Source of the DNA: an uncultured delta proteobacterium
Lineage (GTDB): Bacteria > Myxococcota_A > Polyangia > Polyangiales > Polyangiaceae
Direction: 5' to 3'
DNA: 64,000 bases
Assembly: GCA_963841435.1 (NCBI GenBank)
Contig: CAWJCS010000005.1
Coordinates: forward strand, 224,001-288,000
A program made the position numbers and the translations under genes. This document shows positions 29,472-38,389 of this stretch, in pieces. Below the pieces are notes generated by a model. The model was not told the DNA's origin and did no database searches. It saw only the letters and a program-made list of their open reading frames with translations. Within the stretch, counting starts at the first letter, position 1, and each line of letters opens with the position of its first letter.

Positions 29472-32111
29472 ATGCGTCGTCCCTTTCACGCAACGTTCGT
29501 TCTCGCTGCGCTCGCGCTGAGCGCAACCATGCTCTTCGATCCGCGGCCCGTCTTCGCGCAGGGCGTCAGACCTCCGACTCTCGTCGAGGAAGTGGACGCC
29601 ACGTGGCCCGGAGAGGCTCGTCCGGACGACCTCACCGTCCCGGTCATTGTGACCATCACGAAGGAGGGCAGCGTGTCGGCGGTGGAGGTCACCGCGAGCG
29701 CCGGGGCGGACCTCGACCAGGCCGTCGTCGCAGCGGCGCGGCGCTGGCGCTTCGAGCCGGCGCGGCGCGGCGACGAACCGGTCGCCGCTCGCGTGCGCGC
29801 CCTCGTGCGCTTTCCGGGCAAACCTCCCGCTCCGCCGCCGGCAGCGCCGACCCATTGGCCTGCTCGCGCACCGGGTACGGGGGTGTCGCCGGCTGCGCCG
29901 TCGACAACAGCACCTCGGGAAGCGACGGTGCCCGACTCGGCGACGCCCGTCGGGGCAGCGACGTCGACCCCCGCAGCGGAAGCTGCCGCGTCCACCACCC
30001 CCACGGCGCCACCCGAGGCCGAGGCCAGCCCCGAGGAGGTCGTCGTGACGGGCCGCGCGCACGCGCCGCTGCGTGGCGCATCCGACTACGTCCTGCCGAT
30101 CCGCGAGCTGTCGCGCGTGCCACGCAAGAACGCGTCCGAGCTGCTCGAGCTCGCGCCGGGCATTTTCTTGACGAACGAAGGCGGCGAGGGCCACGCCGAG
30201 CGCGTCTACTTGCGGGGCTTCGACGCTCGCGAGGGCCAGGACGTCGAGCTGTCGCTCGACGGCGTGCCAGTCAACGAGAGCGGCAACCTGCACGGCAACG
30301 GTTTCGCGGACCTGCACTTCATCATCCCCGAGCTCGTGCACACGCTCCGGGTGCTCGAGGGTCCGTTCGATCCACACCAGGGTAACTACGCGGTCGCTGG
30401 TAGCGCCGACTACCAGCTCGGGCTCGAGCAGCGCGGCCTTACCCTGAAGTACGGGCGCGGATCGTTCGGTGCGGAACGCCTGCTCGTCACGTTCGGCCCG
30501 CCCGGCGCGAGTGTCCACACGCTGGCGGGCGCCGAACTCTACCGCACCGGCGGCTTCGGCCAGAACCGCAGCGCGCGGCGCGCGAGCAGCATGGCAGAGT
30601 ACGAGGGCACGCTCGGGCGCTCGACGAGCTTCCGGCTCGCAGGCACTGGCTACGCGACCAGCTACCACGAGGCGGGCCTGCTGCGCGCCGACGATGTCGC
30701 GAGCGGCCGCGAGGGTTTCTTCGATACCTACGACCCGCACCAGGGCGGCAACGCCACGCGCTTTCAAGCAATGGCGGACCTCGAGAGCCGCGCCGGAAAC
30801 TTCGTGCTCTACCAGCAGCTCTTCGCGATCCGGCGCACGATGCGCCTGCGCGAGAACTTCACGGGCTTCTTGCTCGACACACAGGAGGCGATCCAGGAGC
30901 CACACGGCCAACGTGGCGACCTGTTCGATCTTGCCGTCGGCGAAACGACGTACGGCCTGCGCGGTCACGCGCGCAGCCAGATCGACGCTTTTGGCCGCCC
31001 CCAGGAGCTCGAGCTCGGCTACTTCGCCCGCGGCGACCACGTGGACGGGACGCGCCAGCGCATCGACGCGGCGAGCAACCACCCATACGAGACCGACACC
31101 GATCTCCACTCTGAGCTAGCGGACATCGGCCTTTACGCCGACGTCGCGCTCCGCCCGTTCGAGAAGGTGACATTGCGCGGCGGTGCCCGCTCAGACCTCT
31201 TTTCCTACGACGTGCTCGACGCCTGCGCCGTCCAGGGCGTGTCGCTCCCCGACCCCGATCACCCGCCGGGCGACGCGAGCTGCCTCGACCAGGAGCGCGG
31301 CGGCGAGCACCGCGAGCCGACCCAGCGCTCGTCGACCGCGGCGACCAAGCTGATGCCGCGCGCGGCGGCCCAGATCGGCCCTTTCAGTCACTTCACGCTC
31401 TCGCTCGCCTGGGGCCAGGGCGTGCGCTCGATCGATCCTAGCTACGTGACGGACGACGTCCAAACGCCGTTCGCGAGCATCGAAGCGGAAGAAGGCGGCG
31501 TCAGCTTCGCAAAGAGCTTCGAAACGCTCGCCATGACGGCGCGCTCCGTGTTCTTCCGCACGCACGTCGACCGCGATCTGATTTTCAGCGAAACGGAAGG
31601 TCGCACGATTCTCGGCGGTGGCACCACGCGCCTCGGCTGGACGGGAGCGCTGCGCCTCACGGCACCCTTCATCGACGAGAACGCCAACGTCACGCTGGTG
31701 CGCTCGGCTTTCGACGACAACGGGTTGCTCGTTCCGTACGTTCCCGACGCCGTGGTTCGCTCCGACACGGCGCTCACGGCCGATCTGCCGGTTTCAGTGG
31801 ACGGCACACCGCCGCGCGGCTCGCTGGCCGCGGGCGTGAGCTACATCGGTCGCCGCGCGCTGCCGTACGGGCAGCGCAGCCAGACCATCTTCACGGTAGA
31901 CGGCTCCGCTGCGGTTCGTTTCCGGGCCTTCGAGCTCACGCTCGAAATCACGAACGTCTTCGACACGCGCTACCGCCTCGCCGAATACGACTACGTCTCG
32001 GACTTTCACTCGAGCGACGCGCCCACGCTCGTGCCGGCCCGGCATTTCGCCGCCGGCTCGCCTCGCACCGCAATGCTGTCGCTCTCCGCGACGCTCGGAG
32101 ACACGCCATGA
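29472..32111 (+). CDS. TonB-dependent receptor with N-terminal TonB C-terminal-like domain
   Basis: Signal peptide, AVVAAARRWRFEPARRG (TonB-C), Pro/Ala linker, EEVVVTG box, LRGFD, LDGVPVN plug, LEITNVFDTRY barrel end. Confidence 0.9.
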   Translation: MRRPFHATFVLAALALSATMLFDPRPVFAQGVRPPTLVEEVDATWPGEARPDDLTVPVIVTITKEGSVSAVEVTASAGADLDQAVVAAARRWRFEPARRGDEPVAARVRALVRFPGKPPAPPPAAPTHWPARAPGTGVSPAAPSTTAPREATVPDSATPVGAATSTPAAEAAASTTPTAPPEAEASPEEVVVTGRAHAPLRGASDYVLPIRELSRVPRKNASELLELAPGIFLTNEGGEGHAERVYLRGFDAREGQDVELSLDGVPVNESGNLHGNGFADLHFIIPELVHTLRVLEGPFDPHQGNYAVAGSADYQLGLEQRGLTLKYGRGSFGAERLLVTFGPPGASVHTLAGAELYRTGGFGQNRSARRASSMAEYEGTLGRSTSFRLAGTGYATSYHEAGLLRADDVASGREGFFDTYDPHQGGNATRFQAMADLESRAGNFVLYQQLFAIRRTMRLRENFTGFLLDTQEAIQEPHGQRGDLFDLAVGETTYGLRGHARSQIDAFGRPQELELGYFARGDHVDGTRQRIDAASNHPYETDTDLHSELADIGLYADVALRPFEKVTLRGGARSDLFSYDVLDACAVQGVSLPDPDHPPGDASCLDQERGGEHREPTQRSSTAATKLMPRAAAQIGPFSHFTLSLAWGQGVRSIDPSYVTDDVQTPFASIEAEEGGVSFAKSFETLAMTARSVFFRTHVDRDLIFSETEGRTILGGGTTRLGWTGALRLTAPFIDENANVTLVRSAFDDNGLLVPYVPDAVVRSDTALTADLPVSVDGTPPRGSLAAGVSYIGRRALPYGQRSQTIFTVDGSAAVRFRAFELTLEITNVFDTRYRLAEYDYVSDFHSSDAPTLVPARHFAAGSPRTAMLSLSATLGDTP

Positions 32112-32884
32112 AACGGATTGCCTTCGCCCTCCCCCTACTTGCGCTCACGGCTTGCGTCGGCTCGACCGGCGGGGACCTGTTCGCGTTCCGAGCCGCTGCC
32201 CGCGGTCCCGACGGCGCCGACGGATCGAGCTACACGTTCACGAGTGGCCGCGGCTACCGCGTGACGCTCACGCGCGGAAAGCTTCACGTGGGGGCCGCCT
32301 ACCTCAACGAATCGGTGCCGACGTCGGTTTCGAGCGACACCACCTGCACGCTCGCCGGCATCTACGTGGCCGAGGTGACCTCGGGCCGCGACGTCGACCT
32401 CCTCTCGGCCGATCCACAGCCGTTCCCCGTGCTTGGCAGCGCCACGACGGATCGCGCGATGACGGGCGAAGTGTGGCTGAACGGCCGCGACGTGAACGTG
32501 CCGAACGATCGCACGCCCATCCTCGACGTGGCGGGCAGCGCCGAGAAAGACGGCCTCGTCTATCCGTTCGAGGGGGTGCTGACCATCGGCACCAACCGCC
32601 AAGCGCTGACGCCGCCGGCAACGCCCGGCGCGAAACCGATCTGCAAGGAGCGCATCGTGACGCCGATCACGGTCGATCTCATCCCCCTGCGGGACGGACA
32701 GCTGACGCTCACGATCGACCCCAAGCCGATGTTCGACAACATCGACTTCTCGACGCTCGCGGAGGGGGACGGCGGGGTGCGGCACTTCGTCGACGACCCC
32801 TCGAAGGCGACTGCGGCGGACACGGCGCTCTACCACGGCATGCACGCCGCGACCGCCTACCACTTCGCCTGGAGCGACCCCTGA
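32108..32884 (+). CDS. Lipoprotein associated with the TonB-dependent receptor
   Basis: LTAC lipobox; ATGA overlap with the receptor gene. Confidence 0.8.
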   Translation: MKRIAFALPLLALTACVGSTGGDLFAFRAAARGPDGADGSSYTFTSGRGYRVTLTRGKLHVGAAYLNESVPTSVSSDTTCTLAGIYVAEVTSGRDVDLLSADPQPFPVLGSATTDRAMTGEVWLNGRDVNVPNDRTPILDVAGSAEKDGLVYPFEGVLTIGTNRQALTPPATPGAKPICKERIVTPITVDLIPLRDGQLTLTIDPKPMFDNIDFSTLAEGDGGVRHFVDDPSKATAADTALYHGMHAATAYHFAWSDP

Positions 32885-32910
32885 AACACGAAGCAACAAG
32901 GAGCACGACC

Positions 32911-34071
32911 ATGGAACATTCGACTATCCAGCGCCTCGTCCCGCTCACAGCGGCCCTCTTCTTCCTACCCGCCTGCGGCGGTGATGACGACGACGCCACG
33001 GGCGGCACGGGCGGCATCGCCGTGCAGATCTCGGGCGAGGAAGCCGCCACCGACGGCTTCCTCTTCCCCACGGGCAGCGAGGTCGCGTTCGCCGATGGCT
33101 GGGAGCTTCACTTCAGCCACCTCATCGTGACGATCGACGACGTGACCCTGTCTGAAAATCCCGACAAGGCACCGACCGACCAGTCGCAGACGGACACCGC
33201 CGTCGCGCGAGCCAAGGGACCCTGGGCCATCGATCTCGCCATCGAGGGCACCGTTCCCGGCGCCGGTGGCGAAGGGCTCGCGACGCCGCTCACGACCATC
33301 GCGAACCAAACGCTGAACGGCGGCAAGGCGTTCGCGCTCGACCGGCGCTACGCGTTCGGCTTCTCGATCGTCGAGGCAACCGACGCCGCGACCCGCGTGA
33401 ACTTCGAGGGAGATGCGGAAGCAAATGCCGCCTACGACACGATGATCAGCGAGGGCTACGCCGTCTACTACGTCGGCACCGCCACCTTCAAGGGCGACTC
33501 GTGCGAGACCAGCGACGATGGTTACGACTTCGACGCGGTCCCAGGCGAGCTCTCGTTCGAGCTCGGTTTCGAGACGCCCACCTCCTACCTCAACTGCCAG
33601 AACCAGGACAACGACGGCGACCCGTTCGACGGCGAGGAGTACCAGCGCGGCATCGCGCCGTTCGCGGATCGGCCCGCCACGGCGCAGATCACGCTGCACG
33701 CGGAACACCCCTGGTTTTCCGATGTCATCCACGACTCGGCGCTACAATTCGACCCGATGGCGTCCAGGCTGGTGGGCAAACCGTCCGGCACGGTGCTCAC
33801 CCTCGACGACATGACCGACGACGACCCGACCGCGCTGACCGACGGCGCGGGCAGTCCGCTGCCCAATCGCGTGTGCGACGGATCCGACCTGCCCGCGGGC
33901 GCTCAACGGGGCTTCGGCGTCGGCTCGCTGCCGGTCAATCCGAGCGGCGACCCCAAGACCGATCTCCGCGACTACCGGGACTTCGTCGCGTACGTCCAGA
34001 GCACCCAAGGCCACCTGAACGGCGGGGAGGGACTCTGCTACGTCCGGCGCAATTACCCCTCGCCGCGCTGA
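32911..34071 (+). CDS. Acidic lipoprotein associated with the TonB-dependent receptor
   Basis: AAGGAG RBS, LPAC lipobox, FADGWELHFSHLIV, TLHAEHPW, QGHLNGGEGLC. Confidence 0.8.
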   Translation: MEHSTIQRLVPLTAALFFLPACGGDDDDATGGTGGIAVQISGEEAATDGFLFPTGSEVAFADGWELHFSHLIVTIDDVTLSENPDKAPTDQSQTDTAVARAKGPWAIDLAIEGTVPGAGGEGLATPLTTIANQTLNGGKAFALDRRYAFGFSIVEATDAATRVNFEGDAEANAAYDTMISEGYAVYYVGTATFKGDSCETSDDGYDFDAVPGELSFELGFETPTSYLNCQNQDNDGDPFDGEEYQRGIAPFADRPATAQITLHAEHPWFSDVIHDSALQFDPMASRLVGKPSGTVLTLDDMTDDDPTALTDGAGSPLPNRVCDGSDLPAGAQRGFGVGSLPVNPSGDPKTDLRDYRDFVAYVQSTQGHLNGGEGLCYVRRNYPSPR

Positions 34072-34132
34072 GCGCGAGGAGTGGTCCGCGCGGGGACGCT
34101 GAGTCGCCCGCGTTCGCCCGCAAGATCCGCGG

Positions 34133-35482
34133 CTACTTGCGAAAGAGCGTGCTGCCGACGAGCACGCCGCTTGCGAAGTACGTGCCGGACGAGGATGCCG
34201 GCAAGATGTCGTAGGTGTGCGAATGCTCGTAGGGGATCGTCTCGACGCTCGCAACGGTTCCCCCCATGAGCGAGCTGCCGGGCGAGAGCGACGAGAGCGG
34301 GTGACCATCGGCGAGCGGATGACCCGGGCTCATCTCGAAGCCTTCGCCGTTGGTGAAACGTACGCGCAGCACGCGATGATGGGAGGCGGGCACGCGGTTG
34401 ATGCGCGCGATGGGCACGGCCCGGATCTGCTCGCCGTCCTCACTGTAGACGAGGTCCCCGACGGCCAGGCTCGCGATGGGGCGTTCGCCGTCGGGCGTTG
34501 CGATGAGGGTGTCGGGGGAGGCGCAGCGACAGCCCGAGCACGTGCCGTCCGTTTTGCGGCAGTATCCGCTCGCGACTGGGCCCGACGCCTCGATGCACGC
34601 GCCAAACTGGGAATCGTCGCGGCACGTGCACGTGGGTCCCGGCGAGTCGCAGTCGCCCTCGGGGCACGCTTCGGGGGCGCAGCTGCCGACGCGATCCGCG
34701 ATTGTGGTGCCGCACGGTGCCGGAGCGCCACCGGTGCAAAGCTGCCCGGACGGACAGTCGGCGTCGCCGAAGCAGCCGGTCGACGGCACCGCGCGACAGG
34801 TGCCCGGCGCGGGAGTGACGCAGTCCGCGCCGTAGCAACGCTCGCCGTCCGCGCAGTCGGAGTCCTGAAAGCAGACGCAGCCGTCGGGCGCGACGATGCT
34901 CTGCGCGCTGCACCCATCGGCGCAGGGGCACTGGCCCTGACAGGCGATCTCGACGGGCACGCACTCCGTGCCGCACGCCGCGTCGTACGTCGTGCCGTCG
35001 GTGCCGCAGACGGGGACGTAGGCGCCCTTCACGCACATGCAGTCGACGCCACCCGTGCCACCCGAAGCGGTGCCGCCCGTGCCGCTCGCGCCGCCGTTGC
35101 CGCCGCTACCGGCGTCACCGCCGCCAGCCTCGCCGCCGGTGCCGGAGGAGGTGCCCCCGGTGCCGCCGGTTCCCGCGTCGCCGCCCGTGCCGCCCGAAGC
35201 ACCCGTCCCAGTGCCACCCTTGCCGCCGCTGCCACCCGTGCCCGACGCCGACGACCCCGCCGTGCCGCCGGTCGTGCCGCCACCGACCGCACCCCCGGCG
35301 CCCCCGCTCGAGCCCCCGCTGCCACCTGTGCCACCGCGCCCGCTGCCCGAGGCGCCTGCCGCGTCGCTGCCGTCGCCGACGAAGAGCTCCTTGCTGCCGC
35401 AGGCGGCGAGCCAGAGCGAGACGAACAGGGCGCCCGACAGCGAGGGCGCGAAACGACGGCGTGTGGCTTTCGGCAAACTCAT
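34133..35482 (-). CDS. Lipoprotein: Gly linker, Kazal-like and Cys-rich region, C-terminal Hint domain
   Basis: LAAC lipobox; PVCGTDGTTY (Kazal-like); CASPDTLIATPDGERPIASLAVGDLV, SPGH, TYDI, YFASGVLV (Hint blocks). Confidence 0.82.
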   Translation of the reverse strand: MSLPKATRRRFAPSLSGALFVSLWLAACGSKELFVGDGSDAAGASGSGRGGTGGSGGSSGGAGGAVGGGTTGGTAGSSASGTGGSGGKGGTGTGASGGTGGDAGTGGTGGTSSGTGGEAGGGDAGSGGNGGASGTGGTASGGTGGVDCMCVKGAYVPVCGTDGTTYDAACGTECVPVEIACQGQCPCADGCSAQSIVAPDGCVCFQDSDCADGERCYGADCVTPAPGTCRAVPSTGCFGDADCPSGQLCTGGAPAPCGTTIADRVGSCAPEACPEGDCDSPGPTCTCRDDSQFGACIEASGPVASGYCRKTDGTCSGCRCASPDTLIATPDGERPIASLAVGDLVYSEDGEQIRAVPIARINRVPASHHRVLRVRFTNGEGFEMSPGHPLADGHPLSSLSPGSSLMGGTVASVETIPYEHSHTYDILPASSSGTYFASGVLVGSTLFRK

Positions 35483-35585
35483 GAAGGACCTCGTGGCTCC
35501 TGTGTCGCGAGCGGAAGAAATGGATCGGTGCCGGTGCCGGACCGGTGCGAAATGACGCTCGCCGAGCTTTTCCCACGCCGGCCCG

Positions 35586-36674
35586 TCATGGCCACTCGAC
35601 ACCTGCGAACGCGCCCGGCTGCGCCTGCCACGGCGACAGCTCGCGCTCGGAGCGACCGTCGAGCAGCACCGCGTAGTCGATGCGCACGAGATCAACGTCG
35701 ACGCTCAGGCCGAGCACGAGTCGAAGCGGTCCGACGGGCAGGCCGTGCAGCAGAGCGAGACCGAGTGAGGGGCGCCGGTCGCTGGTCGCTCGTGGTCGAA
35801 CGTCCGAAGCGGAGCCCGTTTCCGCGTCGATGCTCAGAACGGAAAGCCCCGCCGCGACCTCGAGCGCCGTCACGTGGCCGCTCGGGCCGAGAACGGCCGC
35901 GCGGAGCCCGGCACGCGCCGAAAACCCAGCGATGACGAGCTCCAGGCGACGCCCGTTGGCGCGGTGCGGTAGCTCGCCGTGCACCTCGGCGAGCAGCGAC
36001 AGCCCGACGGGTCCCCAGGCAACGCCCACTTCGCCGCTCACTCCCGGTCCATGAACGAGGCCCTCCGGTCCCGCGTAGCGCGAAAGGTAACGCGCACCGA
36101 TGGAGCCGCGCAGCACCGTGGGCGAAGCCGGCGACCGCTCGGGCGGGCGTTCCGGGGGCGCGGGCTTGTGCTCGGGCTCGGCGGGGGCAGCGGGAGAGCC
36201 TTCGAGCGCGCTCCGCACCGCGGCGGCCGACGTTTGCTCGCGCTTTTGCATGAATGCGATCGCCGCCGACAGCAGCACCTGCGTGACCTGCTCGCGCCCC
36301 ACTTCGTTCAGCCCGTGCTCGAGCGGCACGTCGCGGACCAGGAAATGCTCGGCGCCGCGATCGGCCATGTAGATCCGCACGTGCTTCGGCGTGGCCGTGA
36401 CCCACACCCGGACACGACGCTCGGTTGGATCCGACGCGAGCACCTCGTCCACGCTCAGGGCACGCTGCGCCTGAACCTCGACGCGGAGGCCCGTCGGCTC
36501 GAGCCATTCCTCGATCAGACTTCCGAGCTCGGGCCCGTTCGCGTCGCCGACCAGCACGACGCTCAAGCGGTTGACGGTCGCTTCGGAGACGCGAGGCGAC
36601 TCGTCCGGCGGGGCGGCGAGCGCGCGGGTCGCGATGCAGACGAGCGCGAGTGCGGAGCATGGAACCGCCCTCAA
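35586..36674 (-). CDS. Hypothetical exported protein, C-terminal half beta-barrel-like
   Basis: Signal peptide, Pro-rich linker, amphipathic strands ending GVEWP. TTGA overlap with the upstream gene. Confidence 0.65.
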   Translation of the reverse strand: MRAVPCSALALVCIATRALAAPPDESPRVSEATVNRLSVVLVGDANGPELGSLIEEWLEPTGLRVEVQAQRALSVDEVLASDPTERRVRVWVTATPKHVRIYMADRGAEHFLVRDVPLEHGLNEVGREQVTQVLLSAAIAFMQKREQTSAAAVRSALEGSPAAPAEPEHKPAPPERPPERSPASPTVLRGSIGARYLSRYAGPEGLVHGPGVSGEVGVAWGPVGLSLLAEVHGELPHRANGRRLELVIAGFSARAGLRAAVLGPSGHVTALEVAAGLSVLSIDAETGSASDVRPRATSDRRPSLGLALLHGLPVGPLRLVLGLSVDVDLVRIDYAVLLDGRSERELSPWQAQPGAFAGVEWP

Positions 36675-37699
36675 GGTGGAGACGCGAGGCGACTCCTCGC
36701 GGCGCGTGCCTGGATGGACTTCGGGAAACGCTCGACGAGCTCTTCGAGGGTCCGTCGCTCCGCCTCCGGGCGCCCGAGCGCACGCAACGCCTGCGCCCGA
36801 CCCTGCAGGGCTTCCTCGACGAGCGCTCCGTTGCGAGCGGCCGCGAGGTAGCGATCGAAATGGGCGAGCGCACCGGAAAAATCGCCGCTTCTGAGCGCGA
36901 GCCGCGCGGTGAGCACGTGCGAGAGCAGCGCCTCGGGTGCGCTCGGGTAGAGGCGCTGCAGCTCGCCGTACGAGGCGACCGCCCGCGCGACATCGCCGGC
37001 CTTGCGCTCCGAGTTGGCGCGAGCAAAGAGCGTCGCCGCGTCAACCGGTGACGCGACCGACGGCCCGGGCTCGGCGCCGTTGGCTCGAGGCGCAACGGCG
37101 ACGGCGGCGGGCGACGGCGACGGTTGCGGAGACGTGCCAGTCAACGCCTCGGCGTCCCCGTGCGGCGAAGTTGGCTGCCGCGCGGCGCCGCTCGACACGC
37201 CCGCGCCCGGTGGCGGCTCGGCGGGCGACGGGGCGGCGGTCAGCGGCGCGGGCGCGTCCGGGTCGTTCACTTGGGAGCGCGGCGCGCGTGCCGGGGCCGC
37301 TCCGGGCGGCCGTGCCACGGCGGACGACGGCGTCTCGTCGGCAGGAGTCGCCTGAGCGGGTCGGTGCGTGCGCTCGATGCCCCACGCCCCCGCGGCCAGG
37401 ACGCCAGCGAGCAGCACCGCGGCACCGAGCTGGCTCGCGCGGCGCCGCCGGGGCCCCGCACGCCCGGCAAGGTGCACCGACGGGCTCGCGTAGCGAACGG
37501 CCGCGCGCTCGGCGAGGCGCTCCACGAAATCTTCGTCGCCGGGCCGTGACGTGTCCATCGCGTCGTAGTCCGAGCCCGCGCCGTGCAACAGCAGCGACTC
37601 GTCGGAGCTCTTGAGCGCGAGCTCGAGCCGGCGCGACTCGGGCAGCGTGAGCGCGCGGCGGCGCGACAGAACGCTGAGATCTTCACTGGAGCCCGGCAT
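36671..37699 (-). CDS. Single-TM, Pro-rich, C-terminal TPR protein (putative anti-sigma factor)
   Basis: TM segment LGAAVLLAGVLAAGAW, Pro/Ala linker, TPR-like helices (LQRLYPSAPEA, LVERFPKS). Immediately downstream of the ECF sigma. Confidence 0.75.
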   Translation of the reverse strand: MPGSSEDLSVLSRRRALTLPESRRLELALKSSDESLLLHGAGSDYDAMDTSRPGDEDFVERLAERAAVRYASPSVHLAGRAGPRRRRASQLGAAVLLAGVLAAGAWGIERTHRPAQATPADETPSSAVARPPGAAPARAPRSQVNDPDAPAPLTAAPSPAEPPPGAGVSSGAARQPTSPHGDAEALTGTSPQPSPSPAAVAVAPRANGAEPGPSVASPVDAATLFARANSERKAGDVARAVASYGELQRLYPSAPEALLSHVLTARLALRSGDFSGALAHFDRYLAAARNGALVEEALQGRAQALRALGRPEAERRTLEELVERFPKSIQARAARSRLASPP

Positions 37700-37701
37700 G
37701 T

Positions 37702-38316
37702 TCAGGATGCTCCTTTCCTCTTCGGCTCGAGCTCGTCCGCGAGCACGGTGCTTTCGGTCACGCGCCGCTTCAACGCCGCCTTGGCGCTCAAAAGACGGCT
37801 GCGGACGGTGTTGGGCGGCACGCCGCAAGATTCGGCGGTCTCCGCGATCGTAAAACCGAGGATCAGATGCATCGCGAGCGCCTCGGCTTGGGCGGGTGGC
37901 AGCTCGTTGAGTAGCTCCTCGACGGCGTGCCGGCGTCGGCGCGACGCGAGATCCACGATCGGCGACGCGCCGGGGGCCTGGAACGCGTCGAGACCGTCGG
38001 GCCCGAGCTCGGAGCTGTGCCGCTCGCGCAGCCGCAAGCGCCGGCGCGCGTTCATGGCAGTGAGCAGCGCCACGCGCGATGCGAAATGGAGCACGCCGGA
38101 CTCGCCGCGGAAGTGCGGCAACGCCTCGATCACGCCGAAGACCGCGTCCTGCATGACGTCCTCGGCCTCGGGGTGCCGCGCGCCGAGCACCTGACGCACC
38201 ACTCTGAGGACGCGCGGCCCGACGCCACGCACGAGCTCCCGGATGGCCTCGGCTTCACCGCGCAAGACGGCCGGAACCAGGCCATCGAGACCCCGAGCGT
38301 GGGTCGGCTCCACCAT
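37702..38316 (-). CDS. ECF RNA polymerase sigma factor
   Basis: AEDVMQDA, FRGES, ETAESCGVPPNTVRSRL. GGAGG RBS. Confidence 0.9.
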   Translation of the reverse strand: MVEPTHARGLDGLVPAVLRGEAEAIRELVRGVGPRVLRVVRQVLGARHPEAEDVMQDAVFGVIEALPHFRGESGVLHFASRVALLTAMNARRRLRLRERHSSELGPDGLDAFQAPGASPIVDLASRRRRHAVEELLNELPPAQAEALAMHLILGFTIAETAESCGVPPNTVRSRLLSAKAALKRRVTESTVLADELEPKRKGAS

Positions 38317-38389
38317 CGATCCTCCCTGTACCTTCGCACGCAAAAAGCGATCGGGTATCCCGCCCGGCCGGGGGCGCGAGCCCCCGCGG

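Noticed and set aside
34133-34525. Hint domain as a mobile intein
   Set aside because: No terminal His-Asn, no C-extein and no endonuclease domain.
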